A stretch of DNA of 64,000 nucleotides, taken from NCBI RefSeq assembly GCF_963853765.1, contig NC_088856.1, positions 9,362,001 to 9,426,000 on the forward strand, written 5' to 3'. A program made the position numbers and the translations under genes. The notes under the pieces are model-generated. The model did no database searches and was not told where the DNA came from. It was given only the letters and a program-made list of their open reading frames with translations. Positions 13,301-25,859 of this stretch are shown here, one piece after another (positions within the stretch are counted from its first letter, which is position 1; each line of letters opens with the position of its first letter). Origin of the DNA: Magallana gigas. Taxonomy: Eukaryota.

Positions 13301-13395
13301 CCACCAGAGCAGTCCATAACCGTGTTCGTTGGAGGACTGTTGTTGGCGGAATATGTTCCTCACGGAACTACTGTCACAAGTATATTAAAGTAAGT
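10375..13395 (+). mobile_element. Decayed RTE-clade LINE (5' UTR, partial APE endonuclease, RT, 3' end)
   Basis: EN motifs LMG(D)FNAK.GADN, IGGSIFPH, TENQIDHICI, SDHHLL. RT motifs NYRVLMLLSV, QQAGF, RQGCLQSPFLF, LDFADDL. C-terminus IRRRKWGLIGH. Many stops and frameshifts; ends near aagtaagt. Confidence 0.92.
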
Positions 13396-14049
13396 TGATG
13401 TACTTGACCGAGTAAATAAACAAATACGTTCATAAAATCAAGTGAAAGAAAAACACATGTAATGGAATGTAAGAGAAAAATGAGGAAAAGGGACACTGTT
13501 ATTATAAAATAAATTGACATGATAAATGTAAAATGTTGAATAAATTTCTTAAATTATAATTTTGTTTTAGGTCAGATCTACATGATTTTATTATGTTCAA
13601 TGCATTTTTAAAGACAAAATGTTGAAAGTATTGAGTTTCTAGAGAACAAACAAGGATATGCAGTTCAAAAGTTCACATCCAAATTAAGCGGAAGGCAGCA
13701 CAACCGTTTTGTACAAGTTCGATAATGTCTTTGAGAAACTGCGAGCCTATATCGGAAAGTTCTAATAAGATTTACGGGCCTTGCTGCATTCTTCTTTAAT
13801 CTTTTAGAAAGTATACATGAGTGATCAACAATAACTAAATAATTGTAATTCTCCTGAACAGGAATCAAACATTGACCTAGTAACATTTGTATGCTTTAAT
13901 TATGTTTGCCTTTTTAAGGACAGGATATAAACACTTGTTTTAGTGCATATCTGCACTGTTTTAAAGTGACTGAAGGCTTGTTGGAGATATACCAATACAT
14001 GATCGTATACTAAGGCGGGGCGGCTACTTTGAACATTCATCATACCTTT

Positions 14050-14700
14050 ATTTGGGAGTTTATTTAATCAACTCTCCTATGCAGTTACTCTGGCAACCCA
14101 AAAGTGAAACAATATTTGGCACTAATAATCACCGCTGACAAGACCTAGTTTTCGTAATTAACGGATAAATTCGCTGTAATAAATTCTGTAGCAATGTTTT
14201 TCAAGGAAACTTATTTATAAATACCTTAAAAATAGTCAGATTTTAATTGGTAGGAACAATTTAGATATTTTTTGTAGTGGTATGTATTCCTACGCTAGAG
14301 TTTACTATAGTCTCCGAGACTCGTTCAACCAGACGATCGGTGGTTTCCGTAAATCTTCGATAAGGAGAGAATCTCTCTTGCTTGTCGAAGATTAACGGAG
14401 ACAGCCGAGCGTCTGGTTGAACGAAACTAAAGTTCAATATTGCTTGGATTCATACAATTTTTCAGAAATATTTCGATTACTAATACGTAGCATGATGAAA
14501 TTAATAGTATCTTAAAATATTACACGACATAATTCATATGGGGTTTTCTCGTAATTCTTTTTGGAAATGTCCGAGTATTCATATTTTAAAAAAAAGAGTT
14601 CGTAATTCAAACACATAGAAGAAGCTACTTACCATGGCAAATAACATATCGTTGATTCAAAATTAATAATAATCGATAAAACTAACTCCCGTCAGTACTT
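14050..14700 (-). repeat. Dispersed ~650-bp repeat with central palindrome, copy 2 (hairpin ~14309-14429)
   Basis: Reverse complement aligns to 68-720 and 23248-23890. Hairpin ctcgttcaaccagacg...cgtctggttgaacga. Confidence 0.8.
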
Positions 14701-14899
14701 TTATTTTACTTTATTGTTTTACTTTATTTAAAAGATCATCTATAAATACATAATACAAAAATGAGGATATTACATTTCCTTGTCAGACCTTAAATAACAG
14801 GAGATCATTCTGACTGAACTTGGTTAAGAACTTTAGAACTTGCAGTGTTTGGGTGATCGTTTATCAACATCCATGGTTTGCTTTTAACATCAAACATAA

Positions 14900-15340
14900 T
14901 TCAAACATGAGAACCTTGACCTCAGAGTGAATCAAAAGCTTTGCTTCGCCTTAAAAAGCTTACATATTAATTGCTGCTTTGTGTAAAATTGTTTCTTGCA
15001 AGTCAAATGAGGCAGTAAGGCAGCTTAAAGGTTTTTGAAACCCTTGCTGTTGTGCACCGGGAAAATGTTGATTTGAGATCAGAAATTCAAATATGCGGGA
15101 CATAATATTTTTTCCGAAAATGTTTTAAGTACACTAGGCATTACGGGAACTGATCCATAAATGTCACACTTATTTTTAGGTGTTGATCCACCTTTGTATA
15201 AGGGAACTTCATGTATCAATCCTTGTTTCCATTGACGAATAATTTTGCAACAGGGCACTTTAAATTGTGTATCATCACGAGGCAGGTTACTAAAATTTCC
15301 CTCCATGTATGATATGCTCGTTTGTAACAGAGTCATGATC
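14900..15340 (-). mobile_element. Decayed non-LTR retrotransposon RT fragment (L2/CR1-like)
   Basis: Minus strand reads WKQG..VPLYKGG..KNKCDIY..V.VMPSVLKTF.EKIL, then QQQGFQKPLSCLTASFDLQETI and KAFDSL. Confidence 0.75.
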
Positions 15341-16392
15341 AGGAGCCTTATGGCGCTTCATACTGTTGAATACAGAGTTGAGTTCTTTTTTAAGTAATCA
15401 TTTGATATCTTTTAAAACTGTCATATTTTGTAAATCTAGATTTTGCCTCGGCATTAAGACGATCGAATTTCTTGCAAAGGAGATTATTATCTGAGCGAAG
15501 TAAATTGATAACTTTCCTTAAAGATAATTTCCCTAAACTTTGACGAGAGTCTGCGCAAATATTATTACTCTCATTCGCAAGCAAACGTACGTCGGGTACA
15601 CGAAAATCATAAGACGAAAGAGCGGTTCCTACGGGCATCGCTCGTTGAGAGTGGCTATTCGTCTTTGAATACCATTGTTCATGACCCCAACGACTGGCAC
15701 GTCAAACATCGGTTTGTCTTACGTTACATTCTCAATCACTTCATTGCGATTTTTGACGCTACGATATGTCATGGGAGCTACGACTTGCTAAACCCTTAGC
15801 TCCAGCACGATCACCAGACACGTACGGATGAAGCTTAAGTGAAGTGCAACTGCAGCGTACGTTTTTTAGATCTTCGAAGGAAACATTTGTGATTGCTGTG
15901 CATGTCCAACATCAACCGTGCGTGATTATGGGAAGCATAGTTACGTCCTACCAAAATTGTAAGATGTAGCTGCTTGTTTCGTAAGATTTTTAATAAATTC
16001 CGCCCCTAGACCAGCCGTAGAAGCACAATCGACCAATCGTTACTGGGGCTTAAACTATATAAACTTAAACTATAACTGTTTATTCCTTTAATATTTGGTT
16101 GTTAATGATGATCAAAACAACATCATTATATGTGTAAAATACATTACAATAGTTTAAATCCGATTTGCCCAAAGTTAAACAACAAGTACAAAAGCAAATA
16201 ACCCTTTTATTATAATATGATAATTGATTTAAGTCAAGACTCGACTGAAATACAAAGTTTCAAACAGCAAACAAACTGATGATTTTTTTTCTAAAACATT
16301 GTCCATGCTCTGATGATAACAATGCTTGGCCAACATTTAATGTTTTTCTCGTTCTTCGTTGTAAAACACTATATACTTATATGGTTACATGT

Positions 16393-16560
16393 ATGTAGCA
16401 TCGGGAGGGGGGTGGGTAAAGGAAGAGCATGCCCCTACCAACCTTTGTTTCTCGCAGCAAACCTAATTCCCTATTTCTTATAATGACTATACAAAACAAA
16501 AGAATTAATATGGAGTTGCCACCCCCCTCTTGCCATTGTTGTAAGCATGTAAACAAGTCA
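16393..16560 (+). mobile_element. Partial copy of the 3316-3631 MITE family
   Basis: gtagcatcgggagggg, ttctcgcagcaa and atggagttgcc blocks shared. Confidence 0.5.
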
Positions 16561-16642
16561 AGTAAAAGAAACGAGATTAACAGTATATATTAGAAATTAA
16601 AGCCAAATGTACAGGTACAGTACGCTCTGTCCCCCTTAGCCC

Positions 16643-17881
16643 CAGATGGTTAACTCATCTCCTGAATATAATCAATAATGCAATCTTATATTCTACAGTT
16701 TTGGCACTAAATCATCTATCCCAAAAATGAAATAGATATACCTAAACAAAACAAACAAAAATAGATCACCAAACTTTAAACATTTACGCCATGCTATTAA
16801 AATAACTGTACTGTTTACACGGAAAAATCATTCAAACATAATGTAGCTCAAGGACATTTAGGGATTTTCCACTCTTCTTTCGTTTTTCATTCAAATGCGC
16901 ATTTAAACACAAAATGATATAACAAGATCATTAACAAGTTTTGAACGACGAAGATCGGGTAAGTAAATGATATTTAGATATGAAAATTTGATTAAATGTA
17001 CAATTCTTTGCTGTATTTTGATGTGATCAATTATATATAACGTACGTTTATTTTAATATTTTATACCATATTTATTTAGTCATACATTAGGTACATCGTA
17101 CTAATGCTTGTGAATATCTGGTAACACGGGACTGATTAAATGAAATATACTGCAGAGTCCTATTAAAAAGGCAAACTTTGTGTTTTGCAAATGTCTGTCT
17201 TGTTTAGGACATGTTATACTGGAGATAATCTTTTCACAAATTTTAAATTGATTTGTTTTCAGAACTATGGGCTATCAACTGTTACATTTGTTACTTGTCT
17301 TCAATGTCTTTGACCATGCAGTCGCAAAATCGGTAGGTGAAGTGTTTTAACTTTTTTTTTAAATTGATACTTAATGTATCGTGGTATAACAAGCCTTTGC
17401 AGAATGGGTCAGTGTTGTAATGTGTTACATATTTCTGCAACTTTGCAAGTGCGAAATTCAGATTTTCAATACTTTAATGCTTTCGACTTTATTTTGTACA
17501 CATGCCCATTAACAGAAGGCAATTCCAGGCAGGTTCTCATTTTTCTTAAATCAGATAAAAGCTTCTTTTGCTGGATGCGATGTTCTTTAAAATACTCAGT
17601 AAAGCTAACTGTACAGATGGTTAACTCATCTCCTGAATATAATCAATAATGCAATCTTATATTCTACAGTTTTGGCACTAAATCATCTATCCCAAAAATG
17701 AAATAGATATACCAAAACAAAACAAACAAAAATAGATCACCAAACTTTAAACATTTACGCCATGCTATTAAAATAACTGTATTGTTTACACGGAAAAATC
17801 ATTCAAACATAATGTAGCTCAAGGACATTTAGGGATTTTCCACTCTTCTTACGTTTTTCATTCAAATGCGCATTTAAACAC
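16643..17881 (+). repeat. Pair of 268-bp near-identical direct repeats (16643-16910 and 17614-17881) around 703 bp of unique DNA
   Basis: Manual alignment shows three substitutions and no indels. Confidence 0.9.
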
Positions 17882-19090
17882 TAGTACAATTGTACTAAAA
17901 CAGTGATTATTCGACCTATTCGGGTCATTTGAAATACCAAAGATTAACATAGCAGTTGTAAGATACTGCACATGTATCCGGATGCCTTTATACAGTGTAT
18001 TTTGAAGACTAGTAGCCGGTAGACTCTATTTCTGACATATTTTCTTGCTTTTCTTTTTTCATCATTTTGAACTTCTCACTACATCAGTATTAATTTAAAT
18101 ACACTTATCGTTGGTAGGGTATTTTAGGTAGGGTCAGCCCACGTTTTAGTACAACTATCAACGACATCAACTTGGTTGTTAATTGATTTTCTCTCTATCA
18201 GATCTTAACTTAGCCCCCTTACTAAAACGTCATTGCAGTGACTCTATATGTTTTCTGGTGCACTTTGCCAGTTGAGATAACGTAAGTCGGTTAAATTTGA
18301 ATCGTCATTCTTCATTGTATTATTGCACTGATGCATGGTTTGATGTTATGTATTTTAAGCCGACTAAGCGTCACAATAACTGAACTTGGCGAGTGACAAA
18401 CAAAACAAATCTGAAATAGAACGACGATGCACTTGCCTTTGTAACGACCGTATTCATAGTAAGAAAGGTGTTGCTTAAATGGCATTTAAATATCTCTAAT
18501 AAGTGAGATTTCGGTTTTTAATTTTAGACATAGCTTCGAAGATGAATGTAAATACATGACAAGTTACTTTGTCCTTTTATTTTGGCAGGAAACGTTAAAA
18601 TTTATAGCACTATGCAACACGGTTTTCAATGTGTATAGATTAATATATAGGAACAATACGAATTGGTACACATGTCGAACACCAAATTTTAACCCTGAGC
18701 AAGAGATATCGATCATATTTTTATTAATAACTATATGAAGATGCCATCTCGTTGCAAACTATGAGTGGGTTCGATGTTTTGATCAGATAAAGAAAGATCA
18801 CGAACATAATTCAACTTTAAAAAATCTATTGGAACAACACTTATTTGAAACAAAGTAATCATGGAACTACAAAAACAGTTAGGATTACGCCCGGAAGAAA
18901 AATTAGGAACCAGTCCATTAGGCACTTATACTTATATGAAAGAATAAAAAAAAATGTTGGGAACGTTACTCTAAACATCTTTTGTACAACATCGCTTATT
19001 ATAACGTTTCCTTTTCGAAGTATATGGCAGTATCATTATAGCATTCTGGTCCCTTGTGGTTCCTTATTACGTTAACATATCATCAACACA

Positions 19091-20296
19091 TTTTTCGGTC
19101 ACCTGAGCTTACCAAGGTGACCAACATATCATCAACACATATCAACAACACATTTGTTGGTCACCTTAGTAAACTCAGGTGACCTGTTGCTAACCGTTTT
19201 CGTCCGTCGTCGTGCGTCGTCCGTTAACAATTTTACATTTTTTACTTCTTCTTGAAAACTATTTGTCCAATTGTTACCATTTTTATGTGAGCCATCTCTA
19301 TGGTAAGAGGAATCTATATTGTGATATTCATGGCCCACAGGCAAAATATGTAAAAAAAAAAAAAAAACCCACCAAATTTTCAAAATCTTCTTCTCTACTC
19401 CCACACATGTGAGGAAGAAACTGGTTGCATGGTTATGATTTCCATGAAGCCCACTACTTAAATTGTGAAATTCATGGCCCCTGGGTCAGGGGTTCAGGCT
19501 CTTAGGTGATATGGCCATATAGTAAAAATGCACCTAATCTTTGAAAATCTTCTACTTTACTCCCATATATATGCGTATTTGTTTAAATCTAAATACACGA
19601 TAATAATGTCCATGAAGCCCTCCATCAAATTGTAAAATTCATGATCCCTGGGTCAGGGGGTTGGGCCAATATAACCATAAAGGTAAATGTATTTAATCTT
19701 AAAAAAATCTTTTTCTCTTCTCCCATATATATTTGTTAAAAACTAAATGCATGATGATGATGTCCATGAAGCCCTCAACCAAAATTGTGAAATTCATGGC
19801 CCCTGTGCCAGGGGTTTAGGCTCTAGTGTAGGGCCAATATGGCCAAATATAAAATATATCAAATCTTAAAAAATCTTCTACTTTACTCTCACACAGGAGG
19901 GCAAAAAACTGAATACATGGTTATGATGACCACTAACTCCTCTACCAAAATTGTGAAATTCATGTCGCCTGGAGTATGGCTTTTGACTCTAGGGCAGGGC
20001 CAAAATTGATGTATAGATGTTGATGCATATAATGTTTAAAAATTATCTTCTTTACTCCCACACACCTTCAAGGAAAACTGAATTCATGATTTTGTAGATC
20101 GGATCTTTAAGTTTTTTCACCAAAATTATAGGTTTCATAGTTCTTTTTGAAAGATATCAGGCAGGAAGGTGGTCGTCATTACAAATTTAAAAATTTTCTA
20201 CTCCAGAATGAATCCTAATAAAATGCATATATGAGACTCCTCGACAAGTTTGTGTATGGGTTATATGGTGACCGTTAAGACCAATTGGCCTCTTGT
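19091..20296 (+). mobile_element. Non-autonomous Helitron/Helentron-type (HINE) element with ~5-6 satellite monomers of ~145-170 bp
   Basis: 5' ggtcacct..aggtgacc hairpins, (cgtc)n tract, monomer motif gtgaaattcatggccc at ~19321, 19465, 19632, 19787 and 19953, 3' ggtgacc subTIR plus a ggcc-type short palindrome. Confidence 0.8.
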
Positions 20297-21470
20297 AATC
20301 AAAAGCTGCGACTTGTTAGTAGGAGCAATTTTCCTAAAGTAATGTGTAATTAAATATTGATCCTTAAGGATTGAAAGATAAATGGTTTTTTGCCAAGCTG
20401 CTCCACTAATTCTTATTACGTAAAATATTATGATTTAAATTTAATGATGTATAGTTATAAATTGTTTAGATAGATTGGGTTACTTGTTTGGTTGGGCATA
20501 TATATATCCTTACCCATGCATGAATAGTATTTGTATGTGTTTACATGTATATGGGATTAAGGTTTGTAAGGCATATGTATATCCTGGCAAATATTAATCC
20601 ATTTTAAAATGTATAGGAATGCACTTTTCCACTTAAAATTTTCTCCCTCCCTCCTTGGGGTCTGAACTTGATTAATTACAATTAATCAAGTACATGGCGC
20701 TTTCAGACCACAAGGATTAGGTTTTGCATATATTATCTAATCAATCACATCATTGATTACATGAGTAATGGGAGTGGATTATTTTGGTTGTAAAATATTA
20801 TGGCATAAAGAATCAAATATTCATAATTTTATTATTAATTTTATAAACTTAATTATTGTTATACACCCATCTATTATCATTTTCCTGATTATTTCAATGA
20901 TAAAGTCACAAAAGTGACAGAGTGCAACATACCTATTTGTTATGTGATGTTTTACCGTACACAAATTTAAGGCTCAGGTGGCTCAATTTCTAGCAGATAG
21001 AGGTTACTTATTTCATGGGGAATATGCGTGAAATAATGCTATATACAGAGATGGTCTATTTTGAACATCATCAATTATGGATAAATAAATTTTATAATGT
21101 ATAGTTATAGATTGTTTAGATAGATATTCTCGCGGTGGTATTTGATAACCGAAATGTTGTTTGTTAAATATCGTATTTCAGGTTCTTTGAAATTGCTGTT
21201 GAAGGCATTAACCCTATTTCTTGTAAAATAATTTTGCACAAATTTTGTTTAATATGTCTAAACAACGTACTCAATTTAAAGTATGTGATATACTTGTATA
21301 AAAATATTTTCATGTGAAATGTAATGTCCTAAATGTTGACTTCTGTCGAGCTTGGAAACAAATATATTTTTTTTAAGATTAAAAAACCCAACAGCAACGT
21401 TTACCACTCATGTTGGTAAATTCATATTTCGTAGCAATAATATTCTAACCTACTCTCCGATAGGAATTTA

Positions 21471-22445
21471 AAAAGGCTCATGTGCAACATCGCTAACCTG
21501 AGGAACAATGGGTGCGATAAAATCAGCTTAATGGAGTTATAATATAAACTATCTGGACAATGTAGTATAGGTTCTCCATATAAAAAAAATCCACCCCTCC
21601 GGATATTGTTATGTTTATAATCAAGTCATATTTCTAACCGAATGATTTTATAGTCACATCAGATCTTGAGAATTGCAGTTCTCAAAAAGATCCTAAACAA
21701 GTGTGTATATAAAGTATAAACCTACATCAAACTCTGAACCCCTTTTAAAGCTCAAGAATCGTCCAGGGGCCAAAGTCTAAACAATTTCAAAGAATCAGAA
21801 AATGTCAATATGCTTGTATATAATTAAAACTATATATTATGACATTTCAGTCATTTCGAATAATTAACACTTTTTTCTTTGTAAAATTGGATCCCAAATG
21901 TGGTCCCTTCATGCACTTGAAGATTTGAATTTGAACAAATTTTAATCAACATAATCTGAGGTTTCTTTCAATAAAGGTATAGCTTATCTAGACAAATGGT
22001 TTATAGAAGAAGATTTTTAATATATTTTCTGCCGCAACAAAGATTAAGGTTTTAAAGGCCATTGGATTCTGATGATAAACTGTTAGAAGATTTTTTTCTA
22101 TATATTTTCATATGTAAAAATTAAACCTTCCATTTTGGCCCCACCCTACCATTGGGTATCATGAATTTAACTAACTTGAATCTACTCTACCTGAGAATGT
22201 GTCGACACAATTTTCAGCTACCCGGCTAATTAGTCTCTGAGAAGATAAGTTTTTAAGATTCACTCTATATATGGCTATGTAAAACTTCGACCCCCCCCCC
22301 ATCGTGGCCCCCACCCTACCCCGGGGATCATGATTTCCACAACTTTGAATTTAAACTACCTAAGGATGCTCCATCCAAGTTTAAGCTTTCCCGACCGATT
22401 ATTTTCCAAGATTGTTAAATAGTTACTTTCTTATTCCTTTGTAAA
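21471..22445 (-). mobile_element. Truncated HINE element with a second satellite family (~165-170 bp; resembles the oyster Cg170-type monomer as recalled)
   Basis: Terminus-like aaggctcatgtgcaacatcgctaacctgagg at 21471. ggcccc(c)accctacc recurs at ~22137 and ~22306, with further degenerate monomers from ~21700. Confidence 0.65.
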
Positions 22446-23247
22446 AACATAGTTTTCAGTTTCGCAAAATAAAATAAAATCGAATAGCATGCATGCCGTA
22501 TTTATCTCCTCCCCTTACAATATATTATTATAACATTGTGTAAATAGATAAATTATACACGTATAATGCATGAAAATAAATGATGTTAAAGCATATAATG
22601 CATCTACAACAGGAATTAACGAACAAAAAGGAAGAATACCAAAAATAAAATGAAGAAACAAAATATTCAAAAAATTTAAAGAAGTAATAAAGTAAATCCG
22701 CTATTCAATCATCTGTCTTTTGTTATGCTATAATTAGATAAAGATATGCACGTTTTATTAATTGCTACCATGTAATAAAATTTCCACAGATAGTGGTGTG
22801 ATAAATTTGTGTAAAGTATGTAACATTATTTCATTTGTATGTCATATTTTGGATAAGAAGGAAAAAAGTGTTCAGTATGTTCACATGAAATACAACAATA
22901 CTGGCAAGATGGGTCCTAATTTAAGAAATCTTCCTTGAGTGTGCATTTAAGTCTCTTGCTTTGTTTCTAAATTGACATTGCAGAATATTTTCTCCCCTGA
23001 GTCCGTGGTCTTTCTTGTGAAAACTTTTGTTGAGCTTTGATTTAAATGAAAAAAAATGAAGAATAATTCTTAGTGTCATGTGGTAATTCATTCCAAGCTT
23101 TGATAGCAGATAATAAAAAGCTTTTAAAGCATGATGTTGTTCTCAAAAAAGGAATTCTATAAGTCATACTACCTGTTCTTAAATTATAGATTATCTTAAA
23201 GTACATACAGGGTTCAACAATATCTCTAAGATACTGAGGTGCTTATC

Positions 23248-23890
23248 AAATCAAAGTACTGAAGTACTGAGGGGAGTTGATTTTATTGATTTATCAATTT
23301 ATCTTGCATGGCAATTAGTTTCTTGTCTGTATTTGAATTACGCACTCTTTTATTCTATGAATTTAGACTTTTTCGACAAGAATTTCGAGAAACCCCATAG
23401 GAATCATCTTGTGTAATATTTAAAGATAGATTTCAAACTATGTATTATTAATCGAAACAATTCTAAAAATCGTATGGATCTAAGCACTATTGATATCGAA
23501 CTCTAGTCTCGTTCAACCAGACGCTCGGCTGTCTCCGTTAATATCCGACAAGCAAGACAGCCTCTCTGCTTGTCGGATATTTATGGAGACAGCCGAGCGT
23601 CTGGTTGAACGAGACTTTATAACACTCTTGCGTATGTTCACATAAGACTACAAAAATAACTAAATTGTTCGTATTATATAAAATCTGACTATTATCAAAG
23701 TGTTTATAAATCAATTTCCTTGAAAAACAATGCTTCAGCATATGTTACATCGAATTTTTCTATTTTTTTCAAGAACTAAGTCTTGTCAGCGGCGATTTTT
23801 TGTGCTTAGGTCCAAACATTGTTTCACTTTCGGTTTGCCAGAGTAACTGCATTGGAGAGTTGATTAAAATCAACTCCCAAAAATTATTTT
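23248..23890 (+). repeat. Dispersed ~650-bp repeat with central palindrome, copy 3 (112-nt hairpin 23505-23616)
   Basis: 32-bp perfect outer arms agtctcgttcaaccagacgctcggctgtctcc, an 18-bp inner stem with 2 non-WC pairs, and a 12-nt loop. Confidence 0.88.
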
Positions 23891-25859
23891 ATAAAATAAT
23901 TTATGCCCTTTACGACGTTCACTCAGTAGCTACTAACCCATATCTTAATACAATTTTGAGCTTAAAGAGTTTAACATCTCATCCCTGTACTAATTCGTTC
24001 AGCTTCAATTTGGAATATTCTAATAAATTACAACTTTGATCGGAACAATTATCCCATACAATATCTCCGTATTCAAAGACTGGTCTTATGAATGCAAGGT
24101 GAACAATTTGCTGTCACTTAAAATTTAAGCAAGCGTAAAATGTTAAGGCGCGTACAATCTTTTTTTTTTTTAAATATCTTGTAAATGCATGGTCTATTTA
24201 CCATCTGATTGAAATAAAATTACCAAATGTGTACATGAATGTTCATTACCAATTATAGGACCGTTTATACTAAATGTTATACGGTATTAGGATAAATTGA
24301 ATTTTTCCTAGTATAATCAATATTCACAGTGTTGCTTTGATTAAAATCCACAACACTTCTTTGACCATTTATTAACTTTATCTCAGTCAGTTACATAAAT
24401 AAAAATCAACAACTACCAATAATGAAGTATCATCAGGAATTATACTTATATCATAAATGTTTTCTTAAGCAATATCATTAATGTATACAAAAGTAGTAAG
24501 AATAAAAAAAGGAAACAAAACCGAGCCTCTTGGTAGACCTACATTCAAGATTATTGTTCCTGAAATAAACCACCAAACACAACTGTACAAATTCGACAAC
24601 CACCTTTCTATCGGGGGTAATGATTTTCACAACTTTAAATCTACACTAATAATACTTTATGTAATACGAGAGCTCTGTCGCACCCTTATTGCATCATTTA
24701 GCATTGGCAACGGATTCAGCTTCACTTGAATTTGCTACGATTTTGCATTGTTATTATTTCTAGGATTTTTCCGGTTGGCTATGATGTTTTAATAAAAAGA
24801 ATGCCATTTTTATATGTATGAGTATGATAATAAATAAACGTAAGGATAATCAGAGAATATAGAACTACGCTCAAATGTGAGCAAAATATACGTACAAGTA
24901 GAAAAAGAGGAAAGTTATTTACATTTTTTTAGCTAGTTATATTCGAAGTCGTAGGTCTATTTAAATAGGCGATGACACATGTTGTGTTGGGGTGCTCTTT
25001 TACTTGTTATATAAGGAATTCATTCTACGCCAACCTTATTAATAGTTATTACGTTCATTTATATGTAGAATAAACTCATTTTAATGAGGATACATTGTAT
25101 TACATTTTACCTGGGGGCACATAACCAACTACAGTATTAGAAGAACACGAAAAGAAATATTTCATCTGTTTGTGTACAATATTTTGTGTTGTGAAGTTGA
25201 TGAAACAGAGTGTACAGGTTTGCTCTAAAGCGGTAGGTGGGATAGCCCAGTGTTTGGTGAGGTATCTGATAAATGGGACTTCCTCATAAGAATAATTAAA
25301 TTTTTCAAATGCTGATAGGAGTAATCCTTGAGTGGAAGATTCGAACAATTCCGAAGTCTGGGTCAGCTTGTGTTCAGGTTCTACATACCTCAGTTTGGTA
25401 ATGACAGATGGCTTGTTTTACAAACAATTTCCACTCATTCCCTCCCGGGAACTGACATTTTTTCAGTAAACGTACGTTAGTGCTGTAATTAAGGTTATTA
25501 TTTATTAATTATAGTTTTCGCACAGTTTCTTATTATTATTTAGGATTGAAATCGTCACTTCCGGTATCGAGTTACGGCCGATTTTCTATTTTTTACGACC
25601 TATTTTTTGCAGAGCTGATATCAGAAACTATCTGAGATATGAATACGAAATTTTCAGGATAGGTAGTATATTGTTTGAAGTTGTGCACTATTTTGTTGTT
25701 TTACGCCAGTGGCGCCATTTCTTGGAGTTCGCCTAGGCACGAAAATTGGGTACAAATTTTCATTCAAAATTTTGAGACGTTTTGATCTCTTTCTTTTATC
25801 AGTTGATATTTTGTTAAAACATATATAACAAAAATGGTAAAAAATCAAAATTCTTTTTA

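Noticed and set aside
25155-25233. Possible signal-peptide exon for the receptor-ROCO gene (KYFICLCTIFCVVKLMKQSVQ|gt)
   Set aside because: No in-frame ATG or clear acceptor, and phase cannot be tested because the next acceptor is in the gap.
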